A stretch of DNA of 62,223 nucleotides, counting the filler. It is 5 parts of 5 records of this genome, joined end to end, with 100 filler letters (N's around TTAATTAATTAA, not from the genome) between each part and the next. Parts side by side here need not be neighbours in the genome. Positions count along the whole stretch, not along the records: positions 50,565 to 62,223 come from SRR2962707_2698; 4 more parts are not named here. One strand, written 5' to 3'. Under the pieces are notes generated by a model that worked only from the letters and a program-made list of their open reading frames with translations, did not search any database and was not told the origin of the DNA. Made by a program: the position numbers and the translations under genes. Shown one piece after another: positions 59,189 through 62,223 of this stretch (its first letter is position 1; each line of letters begins with the position of its first letter).

Positions 59189-59256
59189 CAGCAATACACG
59201 CCGGCGCCTTCGCCCGGCGTCCCACTTTCTGCCCTTCGGCTTTCGACGACGACACC

Positions 59257-60051
59257 ATGAAACCCAATATTCTTGTTATCGCCGGACACGACCCTTCCGG
59301 CGGCGCCGGCATTCACGCCGATATCGAGGCCATCCATGACCTGGGCGGACTGGCCAGCACGCTGATTACCGCGCTGACGGTGCAGAACAGCCAGCACGTG
59401 CGGGGCTTCCAACTGACCGATATCGACCTGCTGGAGCGCCAGGCGGACGCTCTCCTCGCCGACTACGATTTCCAGGCGGTGAAGATCGGCATGACCGGCT
59501 CACTGGCCACGGTCCGCTTCATCGCCCGCCTGCTGGCCCGCTTGCCCGGTGTACCGGTGATCCTGGACCCGGTCCTGGCGGCGGAGAGCGGCGGCAGCCT
59601 GACCCGGGAATCGCTCGGCGATGCCATGATCGGCGAGTTGGCGCCACTGTGCGAGCTGCTCACCCCCAATCTGCCCGAAGCCCGGCTGCTGGCCGGAGAC
59701 GGCGGAACGCCGGGTGCGACGAGCACGCAAAGCGTGGCCGATTGCGGCCAACGCCTGTGCCAGAGGGGCGCCAGAGCGGTGTTGATCACCGGCACCCATG
59801 ACGACACCGATCAGGTCAGCAATCATCTGTTCCGAGGCACCGGTGAGACACAAAGCTGGCACTGGCAACGCCTGCCCCACGTCTATCACGGCTCCGGCTG
59901 CACCCTGGCGTCCTCCATTGCCTGCCTGCGTGGCCAGGGAATGCCGCTGGAGCAAGCCGTGGCGGAAGGGCAGGCCCGCGTGGATCATTACCTGCGCGCC
60001 GCCTGGCGGCCGGGCCAGGGCCAGCACGTGCCAGACCGGAGGACACCATGA
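59257..60051 (+). CDS. thiD: Hydroxymethylpyrimidine/phosphomethylpyrimidine kinase
   Basis: Motifs IAGHDPSGGAGIHAD, TVQN, VKIGM, LDPV, TPNLPEA and HGSGCTLAS. Confidence 0.93.
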   Translation: MKPNILVIAGHDPSGGAGIHADIEAIHDLGGLASTLITALTVQNSQHVRGFQLTDIDLLERQADALLADYDFQAVKIGMTGSLATVRFIARLLARLPGVPVILDPVLAAESGGSLTRESLGDAMIGELAPLCELLTPNLPEARLLAGDGGTPGATSTQSVADCGQRLCQRGARAVLITGTHDDTDQVSNHLFRGTGETQSWHWQRLPHVYHGSGCTLASSIACLRGQGMPLEQAVAEGQARVDHYLRAAWRPGQGQHVPDRRTP

Positions 60052-60686
60052 CATCCCGCTTGCATGGCCTTTATGCCATCACCGACCCCATGCTCATCCC
60101 GGATCAGCGTCTGCTGCCCGCGGCCCAGGCCGCTCTGCGTGGCGGCGCCCGGCTGCTGCAATATCGCGATAAACCCGCCAGCGCCATGCAGCGGCTGGAG
60201 CGAGCCGGCCGCCTGGCGGCCCTGTGCCGCCAATATGGTGCCCTGTTCATCGTCAATGACGACCCGGCCCTGGCCCAGGCGGTCAACGCCGATGGCGTGC
60301 ATATGGGGCAAAGCGACGGCGCCGTGCCCGCCGCCCGGGCCCTGCTCGGCGCCGACAAGATTATTGGCGTCTCCTGCCACTGCGATCTGGCGCTGGCCGC
60401 CAAAGGCGCCGCCGAAGGCGCGGATTACCTGGCGCTGGGGCGTTTCTATCCGTCCAATACCAAACCCAAGGCGCCGCCAGTGACCCTGGACACCCTGCGG
60501 GAAGCCCGTGATCGCTTCACTCAACCCCTGGTCGCCATCGGTGGCGTCACCGCGGATAACGCCCAGCCGCTGATTGACGCCGGCGCCGATATGGTCGCAC
60601 TGATTCACGGTCTGTTCGCCACCGCCGACTGCGATGAAATCGAGGTCAGGGCGCGCCAGCTCTCCCGGTTGTTCCCGGTCCGCTGA
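60048..60686 (+). CDS. thiE: Thiamine phosphate synthase
   Basis: Motifs GLYAITD, LQYRDK, IVNDD, DGVHMGQSD, IGVSC, SNTK and VAIGG. ATGA overlap with thiD. Confidence 0.95.
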   Translation: MTSRLHGLYAITDPMLIPDQRLLPAAQAALRGGARLLQYRDKPASAMQRLERAGRLAALCRQYGALFIVNDDPALAQAVNADGVHMGQSDGAVPAARALLGADKIIGVSCHCDLALAAKGAAEGADYLALGRFYPSNTKPKAPPVTLDTLREARDRFTQPLVAIGGVTADNAQPLIDAGADMVALIHGLFATADCDEIEVRARQLSRLFPVR

Positions 60687-60832
60687 CCCGGAACGGTCAT
60701 CTTCCGGAGGTGGCGACCGGTTTCCGGAATACGCATAATGCCCATCAATCCCCGGTGGCGGATGCCACCCTCATGATCCCTCGCCCGGCCCTTCCGTGAG
60801 CCGGGCCCGGATCCGTTTCGCAAGGAGTTCCC

Positions 60833-62122
60833 ATGAGTCGCACGCAATCCGAACAGCTGTTTCGCCGTGCCCAGAAGCACATTCCCGGCGGCGTCAACTC
60901 TCCGGTCCGCGCCTTCAGCGGTGTCGGCGGCACCCCGGTGTTCTTCGAGCGGGCGGAGGGCGCCTACCTGTTCGACGAGGACGACAACCGCTATATCGAC
61001 TACGTCGGTTCCTGGGGGCCCATGGTGCTGGGCCATAACACCCCAGCGGTACGTGAAGCCGTGCAACAGGCGGTGGCTCGCGGGCTGAGCTTCGGCGCGC
61101 CCACCGAGGCGGAAGTGGAAATGGCCGATCTGGTCTGCGAAATGGTGCCTTCCATGGACATGGTGCGCATGGTCAACTCCGGCACCGAAGCCACCATGTC
61201 CGCCATCCGCCTGGCTCGCGGCCACACCGGCCGGGACAAGATCATAAAATTCGAAGGGTGCTACCACGGCCATGTGGACAGCCTGCTGGTACAGGCGGGC
61301 TCCGGCGCCCTGACCCTGGGCACGCCCAGTTCCCCCGGCGTGCCGGCGGCGGTCACCGCCGACACCCTGGTACTGCCCTACAACGATGCCGCCGCCGTGG
61401 CGGAAGTGTTCGCCCAACAGGGCAGCGATATCGCCGCGGTAATCGTCGAACCGGTGGCCGGCAACATGAACTGCGTGCCGCCCACCCAGGGCTTCCTGGA
61501 CACTCTGCGAGCCCAGTGCAGCGAGCACGGCGCGCTGCTGATCTTTGACGAAGTCATGACCGGCTTCCGCGTCGCTCTGGGCGGAGCCCAGGCCCTTTAT
61601 GGCATCACCCCGGATCTGACCACCCTGGGCAAGATCATCGGTGGCGGCATGCCGGTGGGCGCCCTCGGCGGGCGCCGCGAGATCATGGAAAGCCTGGCGC
61701 CACTGGGACCGGTCTACCAGGCCGGCACCCTGTCCGGGAACCCGGTGGCGATGGCCGCCGGCCTGGCCACGTTGCAGGCTCTACGCGAACCGGGCTTCCA
61801 TGACACTCTTGATGCCAAGGCGCGGCGCCTCACCGAAGGCTTGTCGATGGCGGCACGGGAATGCGGGGTCGGCTTCACCACCAATCAGGTGGGCGGCATG
61901 TTCGGTCTGTTCTTTACCGAGCAGACCCGGATCAGCCGTTTCTCGGATGTGATGGCCTGCGACAAGGAACGCTTCCAGCGCTTTTTCCATGCCATGCTGG
62001 ACCGAGGCATCTATCTGGCACCAAGCGCCTTTGAGGCCGGTTTCGTCTCCATCGCCCACAGCGACGAAGACATCGACGCCACCATCAAGGCCGCCCGCGA
62101 AGCGTTCGCGGCGCTGCTGTAG
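60833..62122 (+). CDS. hemL: Glutamate-1-semialdehyde 2,1-aminomutase
   Basis: Motifs [45 protein letters not shown] and [10 protein letters not shown]. Confidence 0.97.
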   Translation: MSRTQSEQLFRRAQKHIPGGVNSPVRAFSGVGGTPVFFERAEGAYLFDEDDNRYIDYVGSWGPMVLGHNTPAVREAVQQAVARGLSFGAPTEAEVEMADLVCEMVPSMDMVRMVNSGTEATMSAIRLARGHTGRDKIIKFEGCYHGHVDSLLVQAGSGALTLGTPSSPGVPAAVTADTLVLPYNDAAAVAEVFAQQGSDIAAVIVEPVAGNMNCVPPTQGFLDTLRAQCSEHGALLIFDEVMTGFRVALGGAQALYGITPDLTTLGKIIGGGMPVGALGGRREIMESLAPLGPVYQAGTLSGNPVAMAAGLATLQALREPGFHDTLDAKARRLTEGLSMAARECGVGFTTNQVGGMFGLFFTEQTRISRFSDVMACDKERFQRFFHAMLDRGIYLAPSAFEAGFVSIAHSDEDIDATIKAAREAFAALL

Positions 62123-62169
62123 CGATCCGTGGACCCAGCGGCACACAGTTCGCTGGGCGCTTACACATG

Positions 62170-62223
62170 TCGCTTCTAAAGCAGCTTCCCACGGACCGGA
62201 CTACGAAGCCGCTGTGGGAGCTT
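62170..62223. repeat. REP-like elements downstream of hemL
   Basis: The minus strand at 62192-62170 reads GTGGGAAGCTGCTTTAGAAGCGA (GTGG tetranucleotide plus imperfect hairpin). An opposed copy, GTGGGAGCTT, begins at 62214 and is cut by the window end. Confidence 0.55.

Noticed and set aside
59092..59256. TPP riboswitch upstream of thiD-thiE
   Set aside because: Only a loose GGGG...CTGAG resemblance is present. The conserved CUGAGA, ACCUGA and AGGGA core is absent and the region is dominated by the palindrome.
1..62223. CRISPR arrays, tRNA/rRNA genes, prophage, integrase, toxin-antitoxin or defence genes
   Set aside because: None was recognised by reading. Intergenic regions are short and lack regularly spaced repeats or cloverleaf signatures. 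No search tools were run.

Overview
The window is not one locus. It is five unrelated contigs joined by four artificial 100-nt spacers (N44-TTAATTAATTAA-N44). Taxonomic labels below are inferences from gene content, not measured. Contig 1 (1-6713, alphaproteobacterial) has a TRAP transporter, a YciI/ECF42-type sigma pair, and a LacI regulator with a perfect operator facing a GH38 alpha-mannosidase. Contig 2 (6814-20183, Rhizobiales-like) has an ABC-2 exporter, DUF302, a Xi-class GST, a GNAT, a gpsA-HAD-ggpS glucosylglycerol operon and a MoxR/DUF58/DUF4159 operon. Contig 3 (20284-42424, Marinobacter-like) has an acyl-CoA synthetase with a two-component system, a MocR-hypothetical-PhzF module, an HI0933 flavoprotein, PLD, USP/SulP, alkB, HD-GYP, djlA, an amidase, a diguanylate cyclase and truC. 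Contig 4 (42525-50464, Rhodobacteraceae-like) has a peptide ABC ATPase, an M32 carboxypeptidase, a decayed IS3-family end, mnmH/selD and urtCDE. Contig 5 (50565-62223, Alcanivorax-like) has an rrn promoter, tyrS, M23, anmK, erpA, bactofilin, ClC, hemJ, thiDE and hemL. I found no CRISPR, tRNA, rRNA, phage or defence system, and I cannot claim a clearly new biological system. The best leads are: (1) a split glucosylglycerol operon with a cyanobacterial-like ggpS, its own gpsA and a PhaR-like box; (2) a MocR-controlled hypothetical+PhzF operon with a repeat operator array; (3) a strand-specific three-hairpin leader upstream of sulP; and (4) several unannotated non-coding elements (IS3 relic, 58-bp palindrome, IscR site, LacI operator).
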